NCBI GenBank assembly: GCA_024276815.1
Contig: JAJRWM010000093.1
Location: forward strand, 1 to 47,346
From: a bacterium
GTDB taxonomy: Bacteria > JACRDZ01 > JAJRWM01
Length of the DNA: 47,346 nt
Direction of reading: 5' to 3'
Made by a program: the position numbers and the translations under genes. The notes under the pieces were generated by a model. That model was not told the DNA's origin and did no database searches. It saw nothing but the letters and a program-made list of their open reading frames with translations. Shown here piece after piece: positions 18,927 through 29,640 of the stretch (position 1 is the first letter of the stretch; every line of letters begins with the position of its first letter).

Positions 18927-19727
18927 ATGTCAAATAATGAGGAAAAGATAATATCCGATGCCTGGGAGTTGGGCGGAAAAACGTTTGGTTCAAGATTGCT
19001 GGTCGGCACCGGCAAGTATTCGTCGCCGCAAGAGACCAAGGAAGCGGTCGCCGCTTCCGGCGCGGAGATCGTGACGGTCGCCGTGCGGCGGGTAAACCTC
19101 AGCGATAAAAATAAGGAATCGCTGCTTGATTACCTGGACCGCGATAAATACCGGATACTGCCCAACACCGCCGGCTGTTACACGGTCGATGACGCGGTGC
19201 GCGCCGCCCGTCTGGGTCAGGCGGCCGGTTTATCCAACTGGGTAAAACTGGAAGTTATCGGTGATGAAAAAACACTTTATCCGGACGTTATCGGTCTGGT
19301 TGAGGCGACTGAAATTCTGGTTAAAGAAGGTTTTGTCGTCCTGCCCTATACCAATGATGACGTGGTGGTCGCCAAGCGTCTCGAGGATGCCGGCGCCGCG
19401 GCTGTTATGCCCCTGGCCGCGCCTATTGGCTCGGGATTGGGTTTGCAGAATCCCCGCAATATTGAACTGATTATGGAAGCGGTTTCAGTGCCGGTAATTG
19501 TCGACGCCGGCGTGGGCACGGCTTCGGATGCGGCGGTTGTCATGGAGATGGGCGTCGCGGCGATTTTAATGAACACCGGCATCGCCAAGGCCCAAAAACC
19601 GGTTATGATGGCAACGGCGATGCGGCAGGCGGTAGAAGCCGGACGGCTGGCTTACCGGGCCGGCCGTATTCCCAGAAAACGCTACGCCTCAGCCAGTTCG
19701 CCCATAGAAGGCATGGTTGGCGGATGA
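18927..19727 (+). CDS. thiG: Thiazole synthase ThiG
   Basis: Family signatures are [45 protein letters not shown] and [14 protein letters not shown]. Confidence 0.95.
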   Translation: MSNNEEKIISDAWELGGKTFGSRLLVGTGKYSSPQETKEAVAASGAEIVTVAVRRVNLSDKNKESLLDYLDRDKYRILPNTAGCYTVDDAVRAARLGQAAGLSNWVKLEVIGDEKTLYPDVIGLVEATEILVKEGFVVLPYTNDDVVVAKRLEDAGAAAVMPLAAPIGSGLGLQNPRNIELIMEAVSVPVIVDAGVGTASDAAVVMEMGVAAILMNTGIAKAQKPVMMATAMRQAVEAGRLAYRAGRIPRKRYASASSPIEGMVGG

Positions 19728-20395
19728 AAATTTCCGGGCTTTACCTGGTTACCAACAATGACTTGCTGGCTCAAAATTCGGAGCTTAGTCTCCACGAGGG
19801 AATAGAGGAAGCGATAAGCGGGGGAGTTCGGGTAATCCAGCTTCGGGAACCGATTCTGTCGGCGCAGGAAGTTTATGAGATCGCGAAGTCCGGTGTCAGG
19901 CTGGCCCGTGAGAATAAGGTCACGTTTTTAATAAACGACCGGGTTGATATCATGCTGGCCACTGACGCTGACGGCGTCCACCTGGGCTGGCGTTCTTTAT
20001 CGGTTGGGGTGACCCGCGAATTAATCGGTAACAAGAAAATAATCGGCGTCTCAACCCACAGCGTTCGCGAGTCGCTTAAAGCTCAGGACGCAGGCGCTGA
20101 TTATGTCACTATCGGGCCTATTTATCCCACGCCTTCAAAATATGGTATCCTTGATCCACTGGGAGTTGATGTTCTGAAAGAAGCTGTCAGCAGCCTGGAA
20201 ATCCCGGTTGTGGCTATTGGCGGTATTCAACCCGAACACATAGCGGAAGTCGCCGCTACCGGGGTCAGCAGCCTGGCGATAATGTCGGGTATTATGGGGG
20301 CGGCTGACATCAGGTCAGCGGTTGAGGATTATGCCCGGCGTTTCATGGTTCAACAGAGTTCCGGCAAACAACAGGTCCGTGAAGTGGGGAAATGA
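19724..20395 (+). CDS. thiE: Thiamine-phosphate synthase ThiE
   Basis: Family signatures are [42 protein letters not shown] and VVAIGGI. Its start overlaps the thiG stop (ATGA). Confidence 0.9.
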   Translation: MKISGLYLVTNNDLLAQNSELSLHEGIEEAISGGVRVIQLREPILSAQEVYEIAKSGVRLARENKVTFLINDRVDIMLATDADGVHLGWRSLSVGVTRELIGNKKIIGVSTHSVRESLKAQDAGADYVTIGPIYPTPSKYGILDPLGVDVLKEAVSSLEIPVVAIGGIQPEHIAEVAATGVSSLAIMSGIMGAADIRSAVEDYARRFMVQQSSGKQQVREVGK

Positions 20396-20767
20396 CCAAA
20401 AGGGTTGTTATCCGCAAGGCCGACCAGTTTGCGGCAGGTGAAAAAGCTTGACTCGGCAAAGGAATTTATGCTAACTTCACTTGGTTTAGATTGGCGAAGT
20501 CCGGCATGGCCGTGCGGGCCACGGAAGACTCAAGGCAGAGTGTGGTTTTTTGATAAGCGATGATACCTATCCGACTTAAATTAAGGATGGGTTTTTTATT
20601 ATGCTGTCCTGCCAGTCAGTGTTGTTGTTTTCCTTTGAATACGTCGCAGCCCGTTGTGGTGATGAGATTTAAACATACGAACCTGTCCCGGAAAGACGTC
20701 TCACTGGCGGGAGCGGGTTGGAATTAATTAATCAGGCGTTATTATTTTTTCAGGAGAGTGGCTCAAG

Positions 20768-21682
20768 ATGGTGAAAAAAGCGGAAAAGATTTGGTTTGAT
20801 GGCAGCCTCGTTGACTGGGATGCCGCCCAGGTTCATGTTCTGACTCATTCATTACATTACGGTTTAGCTGTTTTTGAAGGTATTCGCTGTTATAAAACGG
20901 TTAAAGGCTCGGCGGTTTTTCGTCATCGCGAGCATATTCAGCGTCTGCTTAATTCGGCCCATATCGTCAGAATTCCGGCGCCTTATTCAGTTGATGAAAT
21001 TATGACCGCGGTCAGGGATACCATCAAGGCCAACTCCCAGGATGAATGCTACATCCGTCCGCTGATTTTTCTGGGCGACGGGCCGATGGGTCTCAATCCC
21101 ATGAACAGCCCGGTCCGGACATCAATCATAACCTGGTCCTGGGGCACCTATCTTGGCGAGGAAGGATTAAGCAAGGGGATCAGGTTGAAAACCTCTTCTT
21201 TCAGTCGTAATCATATCAACTGCCAGATGTCGCGGGCGAAAGTTTCGGGGCACTATGTCAACTCGATCCTGGCCAAGCGGGAAGCGCTCGAAGACGGTTA
21301 TGACGAGGCTTTGCTACTGGACGTCGCCGGCTACGTCGCTGAATGTTCGGGCGAGAATATTTTCGTGGTCAGTAACGGAGAAATATCAACGCCGCCGCCG
21401 GGTTCGATTCTGCCCGGAATTACCCGCGACTCGATTTTTAAAATTGCCTCGGACCTGGGCTACACCGTCAAGGAGACTCCAATTACCCGTGATGATTTAT
21501 ATCTCGCGGACGAGATTTTCCTGTGCGGTACGGCGGCTGAGGTCACCCCGGTCAGGGAGGTTGATTTAAGACAGGTCGGCGCCGGCGTTCGGGGCAGTGT
21601 GACCCGGGAAATCCAGAACAAGTTTTTTGATATCGTATCCGGGAAAGATGAAAAATATTTCGGCTGGCTGGATTTCATTTAA
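20768..21682 (+). CDS. ilvE: Branched-chain amino-acid aminotransferase
   Basis: It has a class IV aminotransferase pattern: [48 protein letters not shown] and LPGITR. Confidence 0.92.
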   Translation: MVKKAEKIWFDGSLVDWDAAQVHVLTHSLHYGLAVFEGIRCYKTVKGSAVFRHREHIQRLLNSAHIVRIPAPYSVDEIMTAVRDTIKANSQDECYIRPLIFLGDGPMGLNPMNSPVRTSIITWSWGTYLGEEGLSKGIRLKTSSFSRNHINCQMSRAKVSGHYVNSILAKREALEDGYDEALLLDVAGYVAECSGENIFVVSNGEISTPPPGSILPGITRDSIFKIASDLGYTVKETPITRDDLYLADEIFLCGTAAEVTPVREVDLRQVGAGVRGSVTREIQNKFFDIVSGKDEKYFGWLDFI

Positions 21683-21710
21683 ATTTAGACCAAAAAAAGG
21701 CTTGTTAATT

Positions 21711-22262
21711 ATGCTTTGTGAAGTCTGCGGCAAGAACCAGGCATTTATCTATTATGAGGAAAAAGTCAAGCACCAGGTGCGCAAGATACATCTTTGCCGG
21801 GAATGCGCTTCCAAAGAAGGCATCAGCAGTGTTTTCGCTGAATCATATTTCAATATTTCGGATATCATCACCAGTCTCAGCGGCGGGGTCAAGCCGGATG
21901 AGGCCAGCGGAAAGCAAGCGGTTTGCAAGCATTGCGGCACCACCTACGAGGAATTCATTAAGAGCGGTTTGTTGGGTTGCTGTCAGTGCTATAATTATCT
22001 CGAAGACAGCTTGAAGCCGCTGTTCCGGCGGATTCATGGTTCGACGCATCACACCGGTAAAGCCTTTCCGAATAGTATCAAGCCGGAAGTGTGCGATGAT
22101 GAACTTGTCGACCTGGAAGAACAATTGAAACAGGCGGTCGCCCGGGAAGAGTTTGAACTGGCCGCCGAGTTGCGCGACCGCTTACGCAGCCTGAAGAATC
22201 AATGTTCCCCGAGCGATCTCGCGGGAACGCCTGAAAAGAGAAACAATGTTTCAGATAAGTGA
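21711..22262 (+). CDS. mcsA: McsA-like activator of protein arginine kinase (zinc-ribbon Cys pairs plus UVR motif)
   Basis: It has MLCEVCGK..CRECA and CKHCG..CCQC, plus a C-terminal UVR domain LEEQLKQAVAREEFELAAELRDRLRSL. The longer track ORF overlaps ilvE. Confidence 0.8.
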   Translation: MLCEVCGKNQAFIYYEEKVKHQVRKIHLCRECASKEGISSVFAESYFNISDIITSLSGGVKPDEASGKQAVCKHCGTTYEEFIKSGLLGCCQCYNYLEDSLKPLFRRIHGSTHHTGKAFPNSIKPEVCDDELVDLEEQLKQAVAREEFELAAELRDRLRSLKNQCSPSDLAGTPEKRNNVSDK

Positions 22263-23304
22263 CCTGTTCCACCGGGTGAGCGGTTGGCTGGCGCAGCCCG
22301 ACAAGAATCAGAGTTCCATTGTCATCAGCAGCCGGGTGCGCCTGGCCCGCAATTTGACAGATTTTAATTTTACCAATTGTAATCCTCCCGAAAAACAGGA
22401 TGAGGTTATCCGGCTGATTGAGAATAGCCTGGCTGATTCAAAACTGTTTGCCGAGGCAACGCTTTGGCGGTTAAGCGATCTGACATCGGTAGAACGTCAG
22501 TTTCTGCTGGAACGCCAGTTAATCAGCCGGAAATTGGTCATGAATCATAATTATGCCGCGGTTGCTGTTGAGCGCTCGGAAAACTTCTCCTTCATGGTTA
22601 ACGAGGAGGATCATCTGCGTCTTCAGACTATCAGGGCCGGGTTATCGCTTGGCGAAGCCTACCGGATTATCGACACTGTGGACAGCGAATTGGGGGACCG
22701 GCTGAATTTTGGCTTCTCGACCCGCTATGGTTACCTGACGGCCTGTCCCACCAACACCGGCACCGGTTTACGGGCCAGTGTCATGGTGCACCTGCCGGCG
22801 CTGGTCAAGTCCAAGCAGATCCGCAAAATTCTGCCGGCGGTCTCCCGTTTCAATTTGGCGATCAGGGGTATTTTCGGCGAGGGCACCGATGTGATGGGTA
22901 ATCTTTTCCAGATTTCCAATCAACTGACCCTGGGTAAAAACGAGTTGGAGACGATTGACAATATCGAACAAATCGCCCACAAACTGATTGGCTATGAGGA
23001 AGAGACCAGGGTTCTTTTGCTGGAAGACCAGAAGAGGAAATTGCCTGATCAGATCTGGCGCGCCTACGGTACTCTAAAATACGCACGCAACCTTAATTTA
23101 ACTGAGGCCATGGAGTTAATCAGCCTGATAAGATTAGGTATTGACCTGGGAATTATTACTCAGGTCAGTTATTCTTGTCTGAATAAAATACTGTTATTTA
23201 TTCATTCCTCGCATTTGCTGTTAAAGAGCGGTGTTGGAAGCGAATTATCTCATAGTAAGGTTAATACCATGAGGGCGGACTTTATGCGTGAGGAGCTTGA
23301 GTGA
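22246..23304 (+). CDS. mcsB: Protein arginine kinase McsB (ATP:guanido phosphotransferase)
   Basis: Family signatures are [42 protein letters not shown] and GEGT. Confidence 0.9.
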   Translation: MFQISDLFHRVSGWLAQPDKNQSSIVISSRVRLARNLTDFNFTNCNPPEKQDEVIRLIENSLADSKLFAEATLWRLSDLTSVERQFLLERQLISRKLVMNHNYAAVAVERSENFSFMVNEEDHLRLQTIRAGLSLGEAYRIIDTVDSELGDRLNFGFSTRYGYLTACPTNTGTGLRASVMVHLPALVKSKQIRKILPAVSRFNLAIRGIFGEGTDVMGNLFQISNQLTLGKNELETIDNIEQIAHKLIGYEEETRVLLLEDQKRKLPDQIWRAYGTLKYARNLNLTEAMELISLIRLGIDLGIITQVSYSCLNKILLFIHSSHLLLKSGVGSELSHSKVNTMRADFMREELE

Positions 23305-25736
23305 TGGAAAGCCGTTTTACCGAGAGAGCGCGCAAGGTTTTGGTTTTCGCCCGGGAAGAGGTTACCCGTTGGGGCGGCGACGCTTTGGGTACGGAACATT
23401 TATTATTGGGATTGATACGCGAAGGCGAGGGCGTCGCAATCGCGGTGTTGCAGAAGCTGGGGCTGGACATTGAGGCTCTGGCGCTGAAGATTGAGGAAAT
23501 GATGTTGAAGGGTTCGAGCACCCTGACTCTGGGCGATGTTCCTTTCACGCCTCAGGCGAAAAAAGCGATGGAGTTCGCAATCAATATCGCTTTGCAGTTT
23601 GGCCATAATTATGTGGGCACTGAACACCTGCTTCTCGGTTTAATCAGCGAGGGCGAGGGCGTCGCCGCTCAGGCTCTCGGCAGTCTGGGAGTCAACATTG
23701 AGAACGCCCAGGAAGCGCTGATCCAGGTTCTGGGCGGAGATGTCAGCGGCATGGATGTCGGCGCCAAGAGCAAGAAGAGCAAGACTCCGACCCTGGACGA
23801 GTTCGCCCGTGACCTGACCCTGTTATCCCGGGAAAACAAGCTTGATCCGGTCATCGGCCGGGAAATGGAAATCGAACGGGTCATTCAGATATTGACCAGG
23901 CGGACCAAGAATAATCCGGTTTTGATCGGAGAAGCCGGGGTCGGCAAGACAGCGATTGTCGAAGGCCTGGCCCAGATAATTACCGGCGGTCAGGTTCCTG
24001 AAATCCTTAATAACCGCCGGGTTCTGACTTTGGATTTGGGTTCTTTGGTCGCCGGCACGAAATACCGCGGTCAGTTCGAAGAACGTTTGAAAAAGATCAT
24101 GAATGAAATAAAGCAAAGCAATAACATCATCATTTTTATTGATGAACGTCATACCCTGGTCGGCGCCGGCGCCGCTGAGGGTTCCATTGACGCCTCCAAC
24201 ATGCTCAAGCCGGCGCTTGCCCGCGGCGAGCTACAGTGTATCGGGGCGACGACTTTGGACGAGTACCGGAAATACATTGAAAAAGACGGCGCCCTGGAAA
24301 GACGTTTCCAGTCCATATTTGTTGACGAGCCTTCGGTTGAGGAGACCATACAGATATTGAAAGGCTTGCGGGATCGCTATGAAGCCCATCACCGGGTAAA
24401 GCTCACGGATGAGGCTTTAACCGCCGCTGCCGAGCTTTCAGACCGCTATGTGATGGATCGCTTTCTTCCAGACAAGGCCGTTGATTTAATTGATGAGGCG
24501 GGTTCCGCGGCTCGCTTGAAAGCGACAGAAAGACCGCCGGATCTGCGTGAGCTGGAAACCAGAATTGAGATGATCGCTGACGAGAAAAAAGAAGCGGTGA
24601 AAATTCAGGATTTTGAAAAAGCCGCGGCGCTCAGGGATCAGGAAAAGAAACTGCGCAACCAACTGGACAAGATCAAGAAAGAATGGGAGGAAAAGCGTCA
24701 GGAACAAGTCGTTGAGGTCAGCAAAGAACACATCGCCACCATTATCTCCAACTGGACCCATATCCCGCTGACCCGGATTACCGAGGAAGAGGGGCACAAA
24801 CTTTTACGAATGGAAAAGGAACTGCATAAGCGGGTTGTTGGTCAGAACGAAGCGATCACCGCCGTGACGCGCGCCATCAGGAGAGCCAGGGCTGGTTTGA
24901 AGGACGCCCGGCGTCCCATTGGCTCCTTTCTGTTTTTGGGACCGACCGGAGTTGGCAAGTCCCTGTTAGCCAAGACTTTAGCGGAGTTCATCTTTGGCAA
25001 TGAGGACTCGTTGGTACATATTGACATGTCCGATTTTATGGAAAAATTCGCCGTATCCCGTCTGGTAGGCGCTCCTCCCGGCTATGTTGGCTATGATGAA
25101 GGGGGCCAGCTCACCGAGCAGATCCGCCGCAAACCGTACTCGGTCGTGTTGCTCGACTAGATTGAGAAAGCTCATCCCGATGTGTTTAATATTCTCCTGC
25201 AGGTCCTGGAAGAGGGTCATCTTAATGATAATCTGGGACATAAGGTTAACTTTAAAAACACGGTTATCATCATGACCTCCAACCTGGGAGCGGCCGAGAT
25301 CCGCAAAGGGGCTTCCCTGGGATTTCAGGCTCAGGACAGTGGTTATGAGAAGATGAAAGATAAAGTAATGAACGAGTTGAAGCGCGCTTTCCGTCCCGAG
25401 TTTATCAACCGGGTTGACGATGTGGTTGTTTTCAAGCATTTGAACAAAGATGATTTGAAAAAGATCATCCATAAAATGATAGATGAACTGCTGGACCGGT
25501 TAAAGGACCGCAAACTCACTTTTGAACTTACCGACGCGGCCAAAGATTTCCTGATTTCCAGCGGCTATGATCCTTTGCTTGGCGCCAGGCCTCTGAGGAG
25601 AACGATACAGCGTTATATTGAAGATCGGTTAGCCGATGAAATTTTAAAGGGAGTATTTAAGGAAGAAGTTACCTTACGGGTTGACTGCGTAGACGGAAAA
25701 CTTGAATTTAGCAAGATTACTAATTCTGAAAAATAA
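23304..25736 (+). pseudogene. clpC: ClpC-type class III stress AAA+ chaperone interrupted by one in-frame TAG (25158..25160) at the D2 Walker-B glutamate
   Basis: It has two Clp_N repeats, D1 [15 protein letters not shown], the UVR linker [17 protein letters not shown] and D2 [15 protein letters not shown]. It then reads [26 protein letters not shown] in one frame (track ORFs 23301..25160 and 25182..25736). Confidence 0.92.
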
Positions 25737-25748
25737 ACAGATTCTATT

Positions 25749-28043
25749 ATGATTAAAAAAATTTTCGCTTGGGGGGTAGTGTTTCTCCTGTTAGGAGGAA
25801 TGGTTCATTCAGCCGCCGCGTCAGACGCGCAAATTGTTAAAAGCATTGAATTCAAGGGATTGAAGCGTATCAAGCCCAAAAGGGTCGAGCGTTTTATCAC
25901 TCAGCGAATCGGGAAACCTTTATCCGAATACCGGGTTCGCCGGGATTTTTTAAAATTGTATAACAGCCGGTTGTTTTCTAACCTTGAGCTGTTGTCCGAC
26001 CGGGTTGAGGGCGGTATTAAATTAACCTACGTCTTGACGGAGCGGCCGGTCGTTGAGGATATCGAGTTTTCCGGGCTTAAGAAACTCAAGGATGTTAAAA
26101 TAACGACCTATTTAAATGACAACCTGGAGCGCGATGAGAGGATTCGCAAGGGCAAGGCTCTGGCTAGTTATAAGCTGGAAAAGTATATTCAGTTGATTAA
26201 AAAGTACTGCGCCCGGGAAGGCTTTTATCTGGCCGAGGTAAGCGTTGTGCTGAAAGAGACCGAGCCGGGATATGTTATAGTAAGGTTTAACATCAAAGAG
26301 AAAAAGATTGTCCGGATCAAATGGATCGAGTTTTTTGGCAATAAAGCCTATAAAGACTGGCGGTTACGCTGGGTAATCAGCACCAGCAAGTTTTATTTCC
26401 CGTTCAATTTAGGTCGTTATGAAGAGGAGAAATTCCAGGAGGACTTAAAGAAATTAAAAGATTTCTATCATAAGCGCGGTTTTTTGAGTATGAGGATTTC
26501 CGATTACCGGGTCAATGTTAACAAGAAGCTTAACCGTATCTATATCGAGATCACCATTGACGAGGGACCTCGTTACCGTTACGGCGGGATTGAACTGTTT
26601 GGCAACAAGCTGTTTACGACCGAACAAATCGTTTACTGGTTAAATCTTAAGGAAGGGAAAAGATATAAGCAGAAAAAAGTTGATGAAGCGACCCAGTTTA
26701 TTAGAGATAAATACGGTGAACTGGGCTATATTTCCTCTTATGTTAATATTGAGCCATTGCTTGATCCTGAGCGTAAGCGCGCCGATCTGAGAGTGACCAT
26801 TGACGAAGGTTCCAAGTATTATATTGAGCGGATTGATTTCGAAGGCAATGACGTAACCAAGGAAAAAGTTCTCCGCCGGGAAATGTTGCTCAAGCCAACC
26901 GAGACGGCCAATACCAAGAAGCTTCGGCTCAGCTACGAGAAGCTTAACCGTTTGGGATATTTCAAGGAGCTTGAGCCTCAGGTTGTCGGGGGTTCCCGCA
27001 ACGATCTGGTCAATATCGTCTGGCGGCTCAAAGAGCAGAAGACGGGACGTTTTACTGTCGGGGCCTCGTACAGTAACCGGGATAAGTTAACCGGTCAGCT
27101 TGGGCTTGGTATTGTTAATTTAATGGGCTATGGTCAGAAGGTCAACGCCAGTGTCGAAGTCGGCGAAAAACTGCTTTACTACAGTTTTACCTTTACTGAG
27201 CCGTACGTGTTCGACACTCATAATTATTTCAGTGTCAGTTATGAAAACACCCGGCGTGAGGTCTTGGGCTATAATAATCTGCTCAACAATTCAGACAGGG
27301 TGGGATATTCCGTACACAAACAGGGTGGCTCCGTTAAACTGGGGCACCCCTTCTGGGATTATCTGTGGGTTTTTGTCAAGCATGGTGTTGTTTCGTCTGA
27401 ATACAGCAAGATAACGGATATCAGGCTGCCGTCGGGTACCAATGAAGGAGTTCAGGTCACCCGGACCTTGGGGGCAACCTTGAACTGGGATAACCGTGAT
27501 GACACCTTTTTCCCGGTTCGCGGCAATTATCAATTCCTTGGTTTTACTCAAGCCGGCGGATTTTTAAAAGGCGAGAACAACTTTATCAAATTAAAGTTTG
27601 ACTCCCGCTGGTATTATGGTTTTTATCGGGAGAAGCTGGCGCTTGCCACCCGTTTCAGCGGTGATTATGTCAAGGAGTTTGGTCCCAGTAAAACGGTACC
27701 GGCAGAGGAACGGTTTGAGTTAGGCGGTTCGACCACCGTAAGAGGATATCCTGATTTTGGGTTGGGTTTCCAAAAGCGTTATCGTTTGTTCAATAATTCA
27801 GAATTCCGCTGGAAGCTGAACAAGGCGTTCCAGTTGATAACTTTTTGGGACGCCGGCGGCATTTGGGATTACCAGGTTGATATCAAGACCTCGGATTTTT
27901 ATCCCGGAGCGGGGGTCGGTTTCCGGGTTCAGGTTCCGATGCTGGGGATTGTGCGGATTGACTATGGGGTTCCTTTGGATCCGCGGTGGCCGGTAGCCAA
28001 AGAAAGCGGTCAGGTTCACTTTAACGTGGGAACTACTTTTTAG
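25749..28043 (+). CDS. bamA: Outer-membrane protein assembly factor BamA
   Basis: It is 764 aa, with a signal peptide, five POTRA-like repeats (I..I.F.GN..), and a C-terminal beta-barrel ending ..VHFNVGTTF. Confidence 0.92.
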   Translation: MIKKIFAWGVVFLLLGGMVHSAAASDAQIVKSIEFKGLKRIKPKRVERFITQRIGKPLSEYRVRRDFLKLYNSRLFSNLELLSDRVEGGIKLTYVLTERPVVEDIEFSGLKKLKDVKITTYLNDNLERDERIRKGKALASYKLEKYIQLIKKYCAREGFYLAEVSVVLKETEPGYVIVRFNIKEKKIVRIKWIEFFGNKAYKDWRLRWVISTSKFYFPFNLGRYEEEKFQEDLKKLKDFYHKRGFLSMRISDYRVNVNKKLNRIYIEITIDEGPRYRYGGIELFGNKLFTTEQIVYWLNLKEGKRYKQKKVDEATQFIRDKYGELGYISSYVNIEPLLDPERKRADLRVTIDEGSKYYIERIDFEGNDVTKEKVLRREMLLKPTETANTKKLRLSYEKLNRLGYFKELEPQVVGGSRNDLVNIVWRLKEQKTGRFTVGASYSNRDKLTGQLGLGIVNLMGYGQKVNASVEVGEKLLYYSFTFTEPYVFDTHNYFSVSYENTRREVLGYNNLLNNSDRVGYSVHKQGGSVKLGHPFWDYLWVFVKHGVVSSEYSKITDIRLPSGTNEGVQVTRTLGATLNWDNRDDTFFPVRGNYQFLGFTQAGGFLKGENNFIKLKFDSRWYYGFYREKLALATRFSGDYVKEFGPSKTVPAEERFELGGSTTVRGYPDFGLGFQKRYRLFNNSEFRWKLNKAFQLITFWDAGGIWDYQVDIKTSDFYPGAGVGFRVQVPMLGIVRIDYGVPLDPRWPVAKESGQVHFNVGTTF

Positions 28044-28070
28044 AAATTATTTTTAGTAAGGGGAGCGTTT

Positions 28071-28592
28071 ATGTTTAAAAAAGTAACATTTATCTTGATA
28101 ATAGCCACAATGTTGAGCAGTATTGGTGTTTGGGCGGCGGACCTGGTCAAGGTCGGCTTTGTTGATGTCCAGAAGGTTCTCGAGACCAGTTCCGAGGGCA
28201 AGGAGGCCAGGAAGAAACTGGACCAGATGGTCGCGGCCCGTGAAGAGCTGTTGAAACCGGAAAAAGAGGTCATCGACGCCCTGAAAAAAGACCTGGACGA
28301 ACACCTTCTAATGAGAGAGGACCTTCGCCGGCAGAAGATGATGGAACTTCATGAAAAAATGCGGATTTTCGAAAAGAAAAGAAGAAGCGCGCTTGAGGAA
28401 GTGAAAATTCAGGAGCAAAAACTGACCCAGCCTATTCTGGAAAAAGCGGAAAAGATTATTAAGTAAAGGGGCGTTGACGACGGTTACACGATTATTTTTG
28501 AGAAGAATTACAGCTCCTTGCTTTACGCGGCTGAGCAGGTTGACTTGACAGACAGCATTATCCGCAAACTCGATGAGCAGTATAACAGATAA
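28071..28592 (+). pseudogene. skp: Periplasmic chaperone Skp/OmpH interrupted by one in-frame TAA (28464..28466)
   Basis: It has a signal peptide, VGFVDVQKVL and a coiled-coil body. It reads ..[51 protein letters not shown], so the typical Skp C-terminus continues in frame to TAA 28590..28592. Confidence 0.8.
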
Positions 28593-28593
28593 A

Positions 28594-29640
28594 ATGAAGT
28601 TAAGTGAAATCGCTCAATATGTTGGGGGGCAGTTAGACGGCGCGGACCGAGAGATCAGCGGAGGAGTTGCCGAGTTGCGGTCGGCTACGCCTGCTCAGAT
28701 CAGTTTTTTAGCTAATCCCAAATATCAAAAGCTGGCTGAGGAAACCAACGCCGCCGCTGTCATTGTCGCCAAGAAGCGGAAGAACATAAAATGTGCCCAG
28801 ATAATTTGTCCTAACCCCTACCTGGCATTCGCCAAGTTGCTGGCGAAACTGCATCCCCCACCGAAAAGGGAAAAAGGGGTGCATTCTTCGGCTGTCCTGG
28901 AGTCACGCGTTGAGTTGGGTGAAAATATCAGCGTTGGCGGTAACGTTTATCTGGGCAAAGGCTGCAAGATCGGTGAGAATACCGTAATCATGCCCAATGT
29001 TTTTATCGGCGCTGACACGGTAATCGGTAATGACTGCCTGATTTATCCCAATGTGACAATTCGCGAGCGGGTTGTGATCGGTGAGCGGGTTATTATCCAT
29101 AGCGGCGCTGTAATCGGCAGTGACGGGTTCGGCTACGCCGCGGATGGCGAGCGTTATTACAAGATACCGCAGATCGGTTCCGTGTTGATTGAGGATGAGG
29201 TGGAGATCGGCTCCAACGTATCAATTGATCGGGCGACGTTGGGCAGAACGGTTATCTCGAAGGGATGCAAAATAGATAACCTGGTACAGATTGCCCATAA
29301 TGTTGAGATTGGGGAAAACACCGTACTGGTAGCGCAGATGGGTATTGCCGGCAGCTCGCGAATCGGTAAGCATTGCACCATCGCCGGCCAGGTCGGTATA
29401 GTCGGTCATATCACGATTGGCGACAATGTGGTCGTCGCCGGCCAGTCAGGCGTCACCAAGGATCTGGCGGGCAACCAGATTGTTCTGGGTTCTCCGGCTA
29501 TACCGATAACGCAGGAGCGGCGTCAGATCGCCAGCCGGGCGTTGTTGCCGGAAACCATGAAAAAGCTCAAAATTATGGAGGAACGTTTGGCAAAACTGGA
29601 AAGCCAGGCCTCTCTGAAAAAAAAGGAGGATTGTGATTGA
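28594..29640 (+). CDS. lpxD: UDP-3-O-acylglucosamine N-acyltransferase LpxD
   Basis: The N-terminus is [12 protein letters not shown]. Left-handed beta-helix hexapeptide repeats follow. The track start at 28573 is also in frame, but it would overlap the read-through Skp C-terminus. Confidence 0.9.
   Translation: MKLSEIAQYVGGQLDGADREISGGVAELRSATPAQISFLANPKYQKLAEETNAAAVIVAKKRKNIKCAQIICPNPYLAFAKLLAKLHPPPKREKGVHSSAVLESRVELGENISVGGNVYLGKGCKIGENTVIMPNVFIGADTVIGNDCLIYPNVTIRERVVIGERVIIHSGAVIGSDGFGYAADGERYYKIPQIGSVLIEDEVEIGSNVSIDRATLGRTVISKGCKIDNLVQIAHNVEIGENTVLVAQMGIAGSSRIGKHCTIAGQVGIVGHITIGDNVVVAGQSGVTKDLAGNQIVLGSPAIPITQERRQIASRALLPETMKKLKIMEERLAKLESQASLKKKEDCD

Noticed and set aside
20480-20545. 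A possible 4.5S/SRP RNA, suggested by GGAAG..CAAGGCAGA-like strings.
   Set aside because: The 5' strand lacks the conserved AGGUC.GG..GNRA apical arrangement, and the ends do not pair into a closing helix.
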